Shown here one piece after another: positions 33,904-42,986 of a stretch of 64,000 nucleotides of DNA. The DNA is taken from sequence record PQ805430.1, one strand, 5' to 3'. The stretch is from Escherichia phage EK8. The notes beneath the pieces are model-generated. The model saw only the letters and a list, made by a program, of their open reading frames with translations. It did not search any database and had not been told where the DNA came from. Position numbers and translations under genes: made by a program. How positions within the stretch are numbered: the first letter of the stretch is position 1; each line of letters starts with the position of its first letter.

Positions 33904-34217
33904 GAGTAATACTCCATAGCTATTGGATTAATGTAAGGGATGAAGGCATCTCACCTTCAAGACTCTGAAGCCTCCCACATCGCAGAGCTACGATTGTGGG
34001 TGCATACATGTGATTAATCTCAAGCAGACAATGTATGAAAACACTGAATGAGATGGATACGTATATCCATATGATGGCCTATGGCCTGAATTGTGTAAGG
34101 CGTAGTAAGAATCCTTTTTCAGCCAGCACTATGGAGGGGGTATCCACCCAAAGCTACAGCCAGAGTAGTAAGTTGAGCACTCGTACCTAAATTAAAAAAT
34201 TTTATAAAAGTTTTCCC

Positions 34218-34418
34218 TTAAACTTTTTTATCTCTATCCAGCGGAGCTATCCTGTTTACCCACCCTTCAAACTTATCCCTGAGTTTATCCATACCGTTCC
34301 AAATACTTTCAAAGATATAAGCAAGCACTAACGCTATACCACCCACCAACCATATCACTAACCAAACTGGCAGCAGAGAGATACGGATAGCCTTGCTCTT
34401 GGTACTCATGCGATACAT
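34218..34418 (-). CDS. small membrane protein
   Basis: 66 aa; hydrophobic LLPVWLVIWLVGGIALVLAYIF. Confidence 0.4.
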   Translation of the reverse strand: MYRMSTKSKAIRISLLPVWLVIWLVGGIALVLAYIFESIWNGMDKLRDKFEGWVNRIAPLDRDKKV

Positions 34419-34506
34419 AAAATTTTCCTCATAAAATTTTTAAAAATTGCCCAACCTTTCGACCCTATTTATACTCTGGCTTAGAACCTATAGGGAGACT
34501 ATATCA

Positions 34507-35193
34507 ATGGCATTGCTCGATTTAAATACACTCAAAGCTGCGTTGCCTGACAACATCCGTAAGACTATCACTGATGAAGTGTTGAATGGGATTAACGCTG
34601 CTGTGGCTGACCCCCAGTTTTACGAGTATTACCGTAACAACCTGTTGAGCTATGGCCATGTGCTGAAAGAAGGGAAGTTTACGGTTAAGCAGTACAGTGC
34701 AGCAGTCCGGTATGTGTCGTATAAGCTGATGGGCTTAACGAACCAGGAAGCGTGGATGAAGACCTTCCCGGACAAGTATGCGTACTTCGCTCAGAAGGGC
34801 ACCAGTGCAAAAGACATTTCAAGTTACGTCCATGCGTACCATAATACTAAACTGGTAAACCTGGTAATGGAGCAGTCGCTTGTTCCTGTGCATGTGGTAG
34901 GCCGTGACCTGTTCTGGAAAGCTCTCAACGTTCAGGCTGAGTTAATGGTCAGTGCTACCAGTGAAAAGGTACGCAGCGATGCTGCGAACAGCGTACTGAA
35001 CACGTTGCGCCCGCCTGAGACTAAGAAGATGGAACTGGATATCAACCACAAGGACGATGGTACGCTGGAGGCGTTGCGTGCTGCTACGCAGGCTCTGGTA
35101 GACCAGCAATCGAATGCGATTGCTAGTGGGACAGTAACAGCAGGGCAGGTGGCCGCGTACCGTGTCATTGAAGCGGAGAAACTCGATGAGTAA
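34507..35193 (+). CDS. hypothetical protein, possible terminase small subunit (position only)
   Basis: ATG 34507 with GGGAG RBS (track start 34447 is TTG); first gene of rightward late unit, upstream of terminase large subunit. Confidence 0.35.
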   Translation: MALLDLNTLKAALPDNIRKTITDEVLNGINAAVADPQFYEYYRNNLLSYGHVLKEGKFTVKQYSAAVRYVSYKLMGLTNQEAWMKTFPDKYAYFAQKGTSAKDISSYVHAYHNTKLVNLVMEQSLVPVHVVGRDLFWKALNVQAELMVSATSEKVRSDAANSVLNTLRPPETKKMELDINHKDDGTLEALRAATQALVDQQSNAIASGTVTAGQVAAYRVIEAEKLDE

Positions 35194-35356
35194 GCCAGAA
35201 CTGATAGTGACACTGTTTGGGATAGGTGCGTTTTTACTGGGTGCATTCATGGCCTGGCTTAAGCGTTGTCGGCATTCATATTACTTTGTACGCACGGCCA
35301 CTGATGGAAAAAAGGTGCTGTGCTGTGCGAAATGCGGGAAGGTTAAAGTCCAATGA
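35186..35356 (+). CDS. small membrane/Cys-motif protein (56 aa)
   Basis: TM helix LIVTLFGIGAFLLGAFMAWL then CCAKCGK; overlapping start/stop with both neighbours. Confidence 0.35.
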   Translation: MSKPELIVTLFGIGAFLLGAFMAWLKRCRHSYYFVRTATDGKKVLCCAKCGKVKVQ

Positions 35357-35496
35357 TTACCTTATGGCCCGATTTCAAAGATCAATCCCTGGCTTTCAAC
35401 GAAGAAGAAGGTAAGTGGGAATTTAATAGCCGCCTCTACAGACGTAGGGGCCAGGCCGAAAAAGCAGCCTGGAAAGCATGGAATAAGATGCGATGA
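35353..35496 (+). CDS. small hypothetical protein (47 aa)
   Basis: hand-translated MITLWPDFKDQSLAFNEEEGKWEF...; stop overlaps terminase ATG (ATGA). Confidence 0.3.
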   Translation: MITLWPDFKDQSLAFNEEEGKWEFNSRLYRRRGQAEKAAWKAWNKMR

Positions 35497-37106
35497 AAGA
35501 CCTGGTAATGGGAGAACAGATCACCGCCCGCACCGTGGATAGCTGGTTGGCAGACGTTGACTATAACGACGATCCGACTTACCAGCCGTCCCGGTTCGCG
35601 CTGGAATTTGTGCTGTTCATCAAGATGGTGAACGGCGGGCAGGGGGAGGAAAACAAATCCCCCGTCCTGCACTACAAAATGTTGGATCAGGTTGTGTCCG
35701 GCGATACCCGTATCGCCAACATGATTCACCGTGGTGCCGCTAAGACGACCATCATGGGTGAATACCTGTTCCTGTATATCGGCGTTTATGGGGAGATCCC
35801 CGGCTTCGGTAAAATTGAACTGGCCTTGTACGTGTCGGACTCCATCGATAACGGCGTGAAGAACATGCGTAAGAACCTGGAGTTCCGCTATGAGAACAGC
35901 CCGTTCTTGCAGCAGTACATCCCGGTAGCGAAGTTCACTGATATCCGCTGGGAGTTCCAGAACGTCGATGGTAATAAGTTCGTGGTCAAGGGCTACGGTG
36001 CGAAGACCGGCGTTCGTGGTACGAAAGAAATGGGTAAACGTCCCCGTCTGGCGGTACTCGATGACCTGGTTTCGGATGAGGACGCACGTTCTCCGACTGT
36101 TATCGCGGCCATCGAAGATACCATCTACAAGGCAGTGGAATACGCCCTCCACCCTGAACGTAACATGATGATCTGGTCGGGTACGCCGTTTAACGCATCC
36201 GATCCACTGTACAAAGCAGTCGAGTCCGGTGCCTGGTCGGTTAACGTCTACCCGGTGTGCGAGCGTTTCCCCTGCACGAAAGAAGATTTCCGGGGTAGCT
36301 GGCCTGACCGTTTCCCGTATGAGTACGTCAAACGCCAGTACGATAAGGCGTTACAGGCCGGAATGATTTCGATGTTTAACCAGGAGCTTATGCTTCGCAT
36401 TATGTCCGACGAGGATCGCCTGATCGCAGATGGTGATATTCGTTGGTACAAAATCGACCTGGTTAAAAATAACCCGACCAACTTCAACTTCTACATCACC
36501 ACTGACTTTGCGACCGGCGAGAAGCAGGCGAATGACTTCTCGGTTATCTCCGTGTGGGCTTATAACAACAACGGTGACTGGTTCTGGGTAGACGGGATCT
36601 GTAAACGACAGGATATGGCCAAGAACATTGATGACCTCTTCCGGCTCAATGCAAAATACAGGCCAATCTCCGTGGGTGTTGAAGTCTCCGGGCAACAGCA
36701 GGGCTTTATCTCAATCATCCAGGAGCGTATGGGCCGAACCAACAACTGGTTCACTCTGGCTTCAAACGAGAACTCAAACCAGCCTGGTATCAGGCCGAAT
36801 ACGAACAAGCTGCAACGCTTTAACGTAGTCGTGCCCTGGTTTAAGGCCGGTAAGATGTATTTCCCGATTGAGCACAAACATGAAGCCCCGCTCATGGAAA
36901 TGATGGATGAACTTAAGCTGGCCTCAGTCGGAGGGTTTAAGTCCAAGCACGATGACGCCGTTGATACCATCTCCATGCTCGCCAGCATGAAACCGTTCAA
37001 GCCGAGCGAAGAAAGCACGCAGACAACCTGGGAGGATGGTAATATTTGGGATCAGAAAGTTGATGATGGTTGGGGCGATAGTGGCCTTAACTCCTACCTA
37101 CCGTGA
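35493..37106 (+). CDS. terminase large subunit
   Basis: Walker A-like HRGAAKTT; Walker B LAVLDDLVSDE; nuclease-domain block ITTDFATGEKQANDFSVISVWAY. Confidence 0.85.
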   Translation: MKDLVMGEQITARTVDSWLADVDYNDDPTYQPSRFALEFVLFIKMVNGGQGEENKSPVLHYKMLDQVVSGDTRIANMIHRGAAKTTIMGEYLFLYIGVYGEIPGFGKIELALYVSDSIDNGVKNMRKNLEFRYENSPFLQQYIPVAKFTDIRWEFQNVDGNKFVVKGYGAKTGVRGTKEMGKRPRLAVLDDLVSDEDARSPTVIAAIEDTIYKAVEYALHPERNMMIWSGTPFNASDPLYKAVESGAWSVNVYPVCERFPCTKEDFRGSWPDRFPYEYVKRQYDKALQAGMISMFNQELMLRIMSDEDRLIADGDIRWYKIDLVKNNPTNFNFYITTDFATGEKQANDFSVISVWAYNNNGDWFWVDGICKRQDMAKNIDDLFRLNAKYRPISVGVEVSGQQQGFISIIQERMGRTNNWFTLASNENSNQPGIRPNTNKLQRFNVVVPWFKAGKMYFPIEHKHEAPLMEMMDELKLASVGGFKSKHDDAVDTISMLASMKPFKPSEESTQTTWEDGNIWDQKVDDGWGDSGLNSYLP

Positions 37107-37114
37107 GGTGAGGC

Positions 37115-38023
37115 ATGAAATTAAGACTGTCCGACGTATTGGATAACCTTCTGGTCGGAGAGTTCGCACAAACAGGCTGGGCACAAGATGGTGAGTTTTC
37201 CGTAGCGACGGTGAACAAGATTATCATCCTGCTCAATGCTGCATTGGGCGATATCTCTTCTCGGTTCTGGATTAAGAGGAAAGAAGTCTTCCTCCAGACC
37301 TGCCGGGGCCAGACGCTGTACGTGATCGATAACTCGGTCGCAAGTGCCCAGATGAAATTGCAGGGTGGCAACTGTAATTTAACCACCAGCACTGGTGAAG
37401 TCTGGGAAGATGATCTCCAGCAGATCTATGAAGTCTATGACTGCAACGGGAATGAGATGCCTCTCGCGCACGACGTAGGTTCGCCGCACGCCAGTGCAAG
37501 GCGAACCTGCAAGTGCGGGGCACCGATTAGCCCGGAAGAACTGGATGAGATGTGTTACAAATGCCGTAACGCCCGGTTCAGTAAAACCGTGGATAAACCA
37601 GGTACGATTGTTACCCGGCACCATCCGTTTGGTGTACCGAACATTCGTCCGGGCGACTCGTGCTCTATCCAGCTTGCAGCGTATAACACGATCCGTGTAC
37701 CGGATAACCTGACTCCGCAGAAACTGCGTGTCGTGTACCGGGCAACGGCGAAGCGTGTTAAGAAAATTGAAAACAACGGTGTCCCATATGACCCAACTCG
37801 AATTTTTATTGATGTGCCTTACGAGTATCTCCAGGCGATTCTTTTTTATATTGCTTCTCGTAAGTTCAACTCTAATAAATCCGGGGTACAGGGTGGGATG
37901 CACGAAGGGAACAACTACTACCAAAAATACATTGCAGCCTGTACACTACTGCAAGACCAGGGAGCCGGTGTCGAACCGGTAGGGAACTCAGGAAGTAAGT
38001 TCGAACAGAACGGATTTGTATAA
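37115..38023 (+). CDS. hypothetical virion/packaging-associated protein
   Basis: 302 aa; CKCGAPISPEELDEMCYKCRN Cys motif; start 9 nt after terminase stop. Confidence 0.45.
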   Translation: MKLRLSDVLDNLLVGEFAQTGWAQDGEFSVATVNKIIILLNAALGDISSRFWIKRKEVFLQTCRGQTLYVIDNSVASAQMKLQGGNCNLTTSTGEVWEDDLQQIYEVYDCNGNEMPLAHDVGSPHASARRTCKCGAPISPEELDEMCYKCRNARFSKTVDKPGTIVTRHHPFGVPNIRPGDSCSIQLAAYNTIRVPDNLTPQKLRVVYRATAKRVKKIENNGVPYDPTRIFIDVPYEYLQAILFYIASRKFNSNKSGVQGGMHEGNNYYQKYIAACTLLQDQGAGVEPVGNSGSKFEQNGFV

Positions 38024-38045
38024 TAAAAAGCCCCTCATTGAGGGG
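38014..38045. terminator. bidirectional terminator between convergent genes
   Basis: AAAAA-GCCCCTC-ATT-GAGGGGC-TTAATTATTT. Confidence 0.6.
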
Positions 38046-38054
38046 CTTAATTAT

Positions 38055-38501
38055 TTAAATGCTACAGGCACCGCTTTCACACTTGTTGTTCTCAGCAAAC
38101 TCAGCCAGTGCAGCTTTGGTCTGAATTTCTTCAAACAGACGCTGTTTCAGGCGATAACCTTCCACCAGCCAGATCTTCTCAATGGCGTTTTCACGGGCAA
38201 CATCGCAGCCAATGGAGAAGTTAAAGTTCTCCGGGCTGGCGCAGGCAGAATGACCAATCACGGTGAAGCCGTTTTCCAGAGTCAGTACGCAGATGGTCAC
38301 CAGCTTATGGGACTCCAGCGTTTCCTGGGTGGTATCCGGGGAATCACTGTTCTGGTTTGCACCGGAGATACCTTCGGCAGCGGTGAAGAAGACTTCGGAT
38401 TTAATCAGGGACTTGATGTAATCCGGGGTAAGACGCGGAGCTTTATCGGCACCAGCAGCAACAATTTTCTGTTCGAGATCAGACATTGGGTTTCTCTTCA
38501 T
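38055..38501 (-). CDS. hypothetical protein (island gene)
   Basis: 148-aa ORF on reverse strand inside late module; alternative start 38486. Confidence 0.45.
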   Translation of the reverse strand: MKRNPMSDLEQKIVAAGADKAPRLTPDYIKSLIKSEVFFTAAEGISGANQNSDSPDTTQETLESHKLVTICVLTLENGFTVIGHSACASPENFNFSIGCDVARENAIEKIWLVEGYRLKQRLFEEIQTKAALAEFAENNKCESGACSI

Positions 38502-38596
38502 AGAGTGGTTTCATGGAATAGCCGAACATGACTGCATTGTCATACTCGACACTGTTGGCAAATACCAGGTACTTCTTGCCACGGCGATCCGTGACT

Positions 38597-38782
38597 TCAT
38601 AAGCATAAGGTATCGGCATAATTTGTACCTTTTCTTACCCGTGAGAGTATACGTCTGCACATGGATTTAGTGATCGGGGAGCTATGCTCAAAGAACATTA
38701 GCTTATTACACATTGTTACCACAGCGAGACAGAATACTCCCTGCTCATCTGGTTTAGTCCGGTAATAACGTTTAATTTTCAT
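38597..38782 (-). CDS. hypothetical small protein (61 aa)
   Basis: start moved to internal ATG 38782 (AAGGA RBS) because the longer track ORF runs through a terminator hairpin. Confidence 0.35.
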   Translation of the reverse strand: MKIKRYYRTKPDEQGVFCLAVVTMCNKLMFFEHSSPITKSMCRRILSRVRKGTNYADTLCL

Positions 38783-38795
38783 AGGTATCCTTAAT

Positions 38796-38820
38796 GGAAA
38801 AAGCCCCTCCAAAGAGGGGC
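38796..38820 (-). terminator. rho-independent terminator (minus strand)
   Basis: GCCCCTC-CAAA-GAGGGGC hairpin with A-run on plus side. Confidence 0.55.
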
Positions 38821-38920
38821 TATTCCAGGCTTGCAGGTGCATAGGCGCTTTTATATTCCCTATGCGGATAACCTTGTCGGGTATTTCCAACCATTACGCA
38901 CCAGGCGTAACGACGGGAAC

Positions 38921-39166
38921 TTATAAGCCAGCCTTGATAACTTCCAACTGGCTTTTCATCATCACCCAGAATACGGCTGGTATCTTCTCGTAACCGAGGT
39001 TTATAAACATGTCACGTATCTGAATGTTATGAATACGTTTGGCTATAAGCAGACTACAACATCTGAGCTTATCGTCAACGGGTTCGTTATACTTTTTTGC
39101 CATAGCAATACAGAGATCTACCGTATCCACGGCATCAAGAAACTCATCAATAGGATCGGGGAACAT
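38921..39166 (-). CDS. hypothetical protein
   Basis: 81-aa ORF upstream of tRNA pair. Confidence 0.45.
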   Translation of the reverse strand: MFPDPIDEFLDAVDTVDLCIAMAKKYNEPVDDKLRCCSLLIAKRIHNIQIRDMFINLGYEKIPAVFWVMMKSQLEVIKAGL

Positions 39167-39198
39167 GATTGTTACTCTGGTTTAGGGAGGGTATGAAT

Positions 39199-39274
39199 TG
39201 GATGGGGTATCTGGATTCGAACCAGAGAATGCCGATATCAAAGACCGGTGCCGTAACCACTTGGCTATACCCCA
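39199..39274 (-). tRNA. tRNA-Gln (anticodon UUG)
   Basis: hand-folded cloverleaf: acceptor TGGGGTA/TACCCCA, anticodon loop CTTTGAT, T-arm CTGGTTCGAATCCAG, encoded CCA; close to E. coli tRNA-Gln as recalled. Confidence 0.8.
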
Positions 39275-39279
39275 GAAGG

Positions 39280-39355
39280 TGGCGATGGGATGGAGATTCG
39301 AACTCCAATGTCGCGGATTAACAGTCCGGTGCTTTACCGAGTTAGCTATCCCATC
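39280..39355 (-). tRNA. tRNA-Asn (anticodon GUU)
   Basis: hand-folded: acceptor GATGGGA/TCCCATC, anticodon loop CTGTTAA, T-arm TGGAGTTCGAATCTCCA, discriminator G and encoded CCA; 5-nt spacer to tRNA-Gln. Confidence 0.8.
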
Positions 39356-39464
39356 TTATTAATTAAGACACTCTGTTACCTGCCGATCCATGTGGCTGCA
39401 TGGAATGATAACACACTGAGATTAGGGTATGAGCCTGTTCAATGTTGAGTGTCCTAATTAATAA
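39356..39464. repeat. 18-bp inverted repeat (17/18) enclosing a 73-nt spacer, abutting tRNA-Asn
   Basis: TTATTAATTAAGACACTC (39356-39373) vs complement GAGTGTCCTAATTAATAA (39447-39464). Confidence 0.5.
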
Positions 39465-39745
39465 GCCCCCTGTAAAGCCGGGGGGGCAACTCCGAGTTCG
39501 GTAATCTGGTTCTGGTTCCAGAGCACTCCAGGTATTAAGCCTTTGTGCAGGGACGGGTCACTGCCCGTATTATCAAATCGTATTCCCAAAGTAGAACATG
39601 GTTCTTAGTCGCTGGCGTCACCGGTGCTTCTAAGCATCAACACACTCGTAAGTATGTTCAGGTTTAAAAGCTCCCCCATCGCTGAGGGAGAAAATTGATA
39701 ATGCAGGTGGTGTAAGTTAAGTATTACCGCACCCGCAGCCAGATA

Positions 39746-40294
39746 TCAAGCCTGGTTTGGAAGAAGTTGAGAAAAATCTGGTTCGGTGAAAGTCACCATG
39801 TTTTTCAGGAACTTCCCTTCCGGGTAGAATTTACCGTTCAGTTTGATATCACGCTTAACCTTAATGCACATAGTCGGGTAGTTACCGTGCAGATACAGGT
39901 CGTCAGGCTGGAAGCCCAGATCATAGTAATAAGCCAGGGCTTTAATCTTGTCGCCTTCGCTGCTAATGAACTTAGACATGTTAGATTCATGCACCAGGTC
40001 ATAGCAGGAGTTACCATCGAAACCAGCCACATGAGCTACTCCGTCGTTAACGGTGGTCAGGTCACCCTGTGCATCCAGGATACCGGGCATATCGATACTG
40101 GTTTCATCCGTATCGCCATTCAGATCCCAGACTACCTTCATACCAGGGTGTGCAGCTTCGACCATTTCGATAGCTTCCTCTAAACAAAGCATTGCCTGTT
40201 TACGGATAGCCTTAACGTTAGGGTTGTTCAGATCGCCTTTCGCGTTACCAAATGCTAAATTAAGTGCAGTAACTTTTTCGAAAGTAGTTTTCAT
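39746..40294 (-). CDS. possible MazG/HisE-like nucleotide pyrophosphohydrolase
   Basis: 182 aa; helical Glu-rich LCLEEAIEMVEA resembles EExxE metal-binding motif. Confidence 0.4.
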   Translation of the reverse strand: MKTTFEKVTALNLAFGNAKGDLNNPNVKAIRKQAMLCLEEAIEMVEAAHPGMKVVWDLNGDTDETSIDMPGILDAQGDLTTVNDGVAHVAGFDGNSCYDLVHESNMSKFISSEGDKIKALAYYYDLGFQPDDLYLHGNYPTMCIKVKRDIKLNGKFYPEGKFLKNMVTFTEPDFSQLLPNQA

Positions 40295-40359
40295 GAAAGG
40301 TTTCCTTTCTCTTTAAATTGACAATAATGGGTGAAATTATTCACCAGAGCAGAGGACAT

Positions 40360-42597
40360 ATGACTGACCTTGCCCCCGATGACGTACAGATTGCTGCTGG
40401 GGTAGAGGTGCCTAAGCTGACCGACTGGTCGCGTGAACCGACGCTTTCCATTTTCAAACAGGACTTGCAGAGTTGCGAATCCTCGCACCAGGCTCAGATG
40501 AGCAAGGTCGAAGAATGGAATGACTATCGGAATGCGACCGGTAAAGCGGCACCGAAAACCACTAAAGGGCAATCCAAAGTTCAGCCTAAACTTATTCGTA
40601 AGCAGGCTGAGTGGCGGTATGCTGCATTATCGGAGCCGTTCTTAGCAAGCCCAGATCTGTTTAAAGTCTCCCCGATTACCTGGGAAGATAAGAAGGGGGC
40701 TGTTCAGAACGAACTCCTGTTGAACATGCAGTTTACTAACAAGATGAACCGTGTTGCTTTTATCGATGAGTACGTTCGTGCTGCTGTCGATGAGGGCACC
40801 GTTGTGCTGCGTACTGGTTGGGACTTCGAAGAGGTTGAAGAAACCGTCGAAGAACCTATTTACCAGGGTATGGTTGATCCTCGCATGAGCGATATCTATC
40901 AGCAGATGCAGCAACTGGAAATGGAAAACCCAGTCCAACTGCTCAGTCTTGACCAATCACTGCAAGACGGATATGCCCAGTTCAAACAGACTGGCTTACC
41001 AATCCGTTTAATTCAAACCGGCGTGCGTATGGTTAAAAAGATGCGCACCGTCAAAAATCAGCCAACTCTGGAAGTATGTCGGTTGGCAAACCTCTATATT
41101 GATCCTTCATGTAATGGTGATATTAAAAAGGCCAACTTTGTAGTTTATGCCTTCGAAACCTCCATCGCGGAATTGAAGGCAGAGGGCCGTTACCGAAACC
41201 TGGAGAAACTCAATGTCTCATCTGAATCGCCTTTATCGGCTGCTAACTTCACCCCGAATGCTGCCCCCGATTTCCAGCCAGCAGGTAAATCCCGTAAGAG
41301 AATTGTTGCTTACGAGTATTGGGGATATTGGGATATTGACGGTAGCGGTCGTCTTACTGCAATTGTCGGCACATGGGTAGGTGATACCCTCATCCGTCTG
41401 GAAGAGAACCCTTTCCCTGACGGTGAACTTCCATTCACTATCGTGCAATACCTGCCGGTGCGTAAGGCCGTATACGGTGAACCCGATGGCGAACTCCTGA
41501 AAGATAACCAGGATATCGCTGGTGCTGTAACCCGTGGGATGATTGACCTGCTCGGCAAATCGGCTAACTCGCAGACTGGCTTCGCCAAGTCTCTGCTCGA
41601 TAGCCTCAACAAGAAACGTTACCAGCAGGGACTCGACTATGAGTTTAACCCTGGGGTATCACCGGAAAATGGTATCTATAGCCACAAGTACCCGGAGATT
41701 CCGGTATCTGCTCAGTACATGCTGAGCCTGATGAATACCGAAGCCGAATCCATGACAGGTGTTAAAGCGTTTGCCAATACCGGTCTGGACGGTGACTCCC
41801 TGGGTGGTACTGCTACGGCAGTCCGTGGGGCACTGGATGCAGCATCCAAACGTGAGATGGGTATCCTCCGTCGTTTATCCACTGGCTTAGTGGAAGTGGC
41901 CCGTAAGGTCATTGCCATGAATGCTGTATGGCTGGACGAGGAAGAGGTAGTCCGTGTTACCGAAGATGAGTTTATCCCGGTACGTCGTGACGATCTGAAA
42001 GGTGAGTTTGACCTCAAGGTCACTATCTCCACCGCAGAAGCCGATGAGCAACAAGCTCAGGATCTGGCATTCATGCTCCAGACTCTGGGTAACAATATCG
42101 ACTTCGGTATGACTCAGATGATCCTCGGTGAGATTGCCCGTCTGCGTAAGATGCCTGATCTGCAACACAAGATCATGTCCTTCCAGCCGCAGCCTGATCC
42201 GATGCAGCAAGCTATCCAGCAAGCTCAGCTTGAACTGCTGCAAGCTCAGATTGAACTTACCCGTGCTCAGGCTCTCGAAGCTGGTACTAAAGGTTCTCTC
42301 AACCAGAGCAAGGTTCCTGTTGAACAGGCTCGTGCTAACCACATTCAATCCAGTGCGGATAAAAACAATCTGGATTTCCTCCAGGAACAGAATGGGGTTA
42401 AACACCAGCAACAACTGGAACTTACCCGGACGAAAACTGATGAGCAAATGGCACTCGCTGAGTTGCAAAGTAACCATCAATCCACGTTGGCTAAGCTCAC
42501 CCATAACTTAAATCTGTTGCAGGAACATGCGAAGGCTGGCTTAAACAGACAGACTCAACGTATGAATAACGCTGGACGAAGCCCAGCAACTGCGTAA
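40360..42597 (+). CDS. portal protein
   Basis: 745 aa from ATG 40360 (GAGG RBS); Gln-rich coiled-coil C-terminus; two genes upstream of major capsid gene as in N4. Confidence 0.6.
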   Translation: MTDLAPDDVQIAAGVEVPKLTDWSREPTLSIFKQDLQSCESSHQAQMSKVEEWNDYRNATGKAAPKTTKGQSKVQPKLIRKQAEWRYAALSEPFLASPDLFKVSPITWEDKKGAVQNELLLNMQFTNKMNRVAFIDEYVRAAVDEGTVVLRTGWDFEEVEETVEEPIYQGMVDPRMSDIYQQMQQLEMENPVQLLSLDQSLQDGYAQFKQTGLPIRLIQTGVRMVKKMRTVKNQPTLEVCRLANLYIDPSCNGDIKKANFVVYAFETSIAELKAEGRYRNLEKLNVSSESPLSAANFTPNAAPDFQPAGKSRKRIVAYEYWGYWDIDGSGRLTAIVGTWVGDTLIRLEENPFPDGELPFTIVQYLPVRKAVYGEPDGELLKDNQDIAGAVTRGMIDLLGKSANSQTGFAKSLLDSLNKKRYQQGLDYEFNPGVSPENGIYSHKYPEIPVSAQYMLSLMNTEAESMTGVKAFANTGLDGDSLGGTATAVRGALDAASKREMGILRRLSTGLVEVARKVIAMNAVWLDEEEVVRVTEDEFIPVRRDDLKGEFDLKVTISTAEADEQQAQDLAFMLQTLGNNIDFGMTQMILGEIARLRKMPDLQHKIMSFQPQPDPMQQAIQQAQLELLQAQIELTRAQALEAGTKGSLNQSKVPVEQARANHIQSSADKNNLDFLQEQNGVKHQQQLELTRTKTDEQMALAELQSNHQSTLAKLTHNLNLLQEHAKAGLNRQTQRMNNAGRSPATA

Positions 42598-42663
42598 AAC
42601 TATAGGCAGGTTGGATAATTTATTGTATTGTCCACCTGCCTTAACTCTATATGAGGTTACCGT

Positions 42664-42984
42664 ATGTCTTTAGAAACCGAACTCGAAAGCCAGATTAGCC
42701 GTGATACAAAAGTCATGGAGAAAGGTAAAGCGTTACGACGACTCCTTAATAGCTCCGACTTTAAATCCGTAATCATTAACGGCTTCCTTCGTGAATATGC
42801 GCTCCACCTGGTTTACCAGCGTGCGGAATCCACGGAAGATGGGGATAAAGTTTCTCGTAAGATCGATGCAGTAGCCGAATTTAAAGCGTACATCGATAAA
42901 GTATTATTGGACGCTGCAACCGCAGAGAAGACAGTTGGCGAAGCCAGCGAAGCACTTCTCTCTATTCGAAATAACGAGGAATAA
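42664..42984 (+). CDS. hypothetical head-assembly protein
   Basis: 106-aa ORF between portal and scaffold-like genes. Confidence 0.45.
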   Translation: MSLETELESQISRDTKVMEKGKALRRLLNSSDFKSVIINGFLREYALHLVYQRAESTEDGDKVSRKIDAVAEFKAYIDKVLLDAATAEKTVGEASEALLSIRNNEE

Positions 42985-42986
42985 GC

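Noticed and set aside
39374-39446. Possible third tRNA in the 73-nt spacer enclosed by the 18-bp inverted repeat
   Set aside because: No acceptor-stem complementarity or T-loop (GTTCRA) consensus found on either strand by eye
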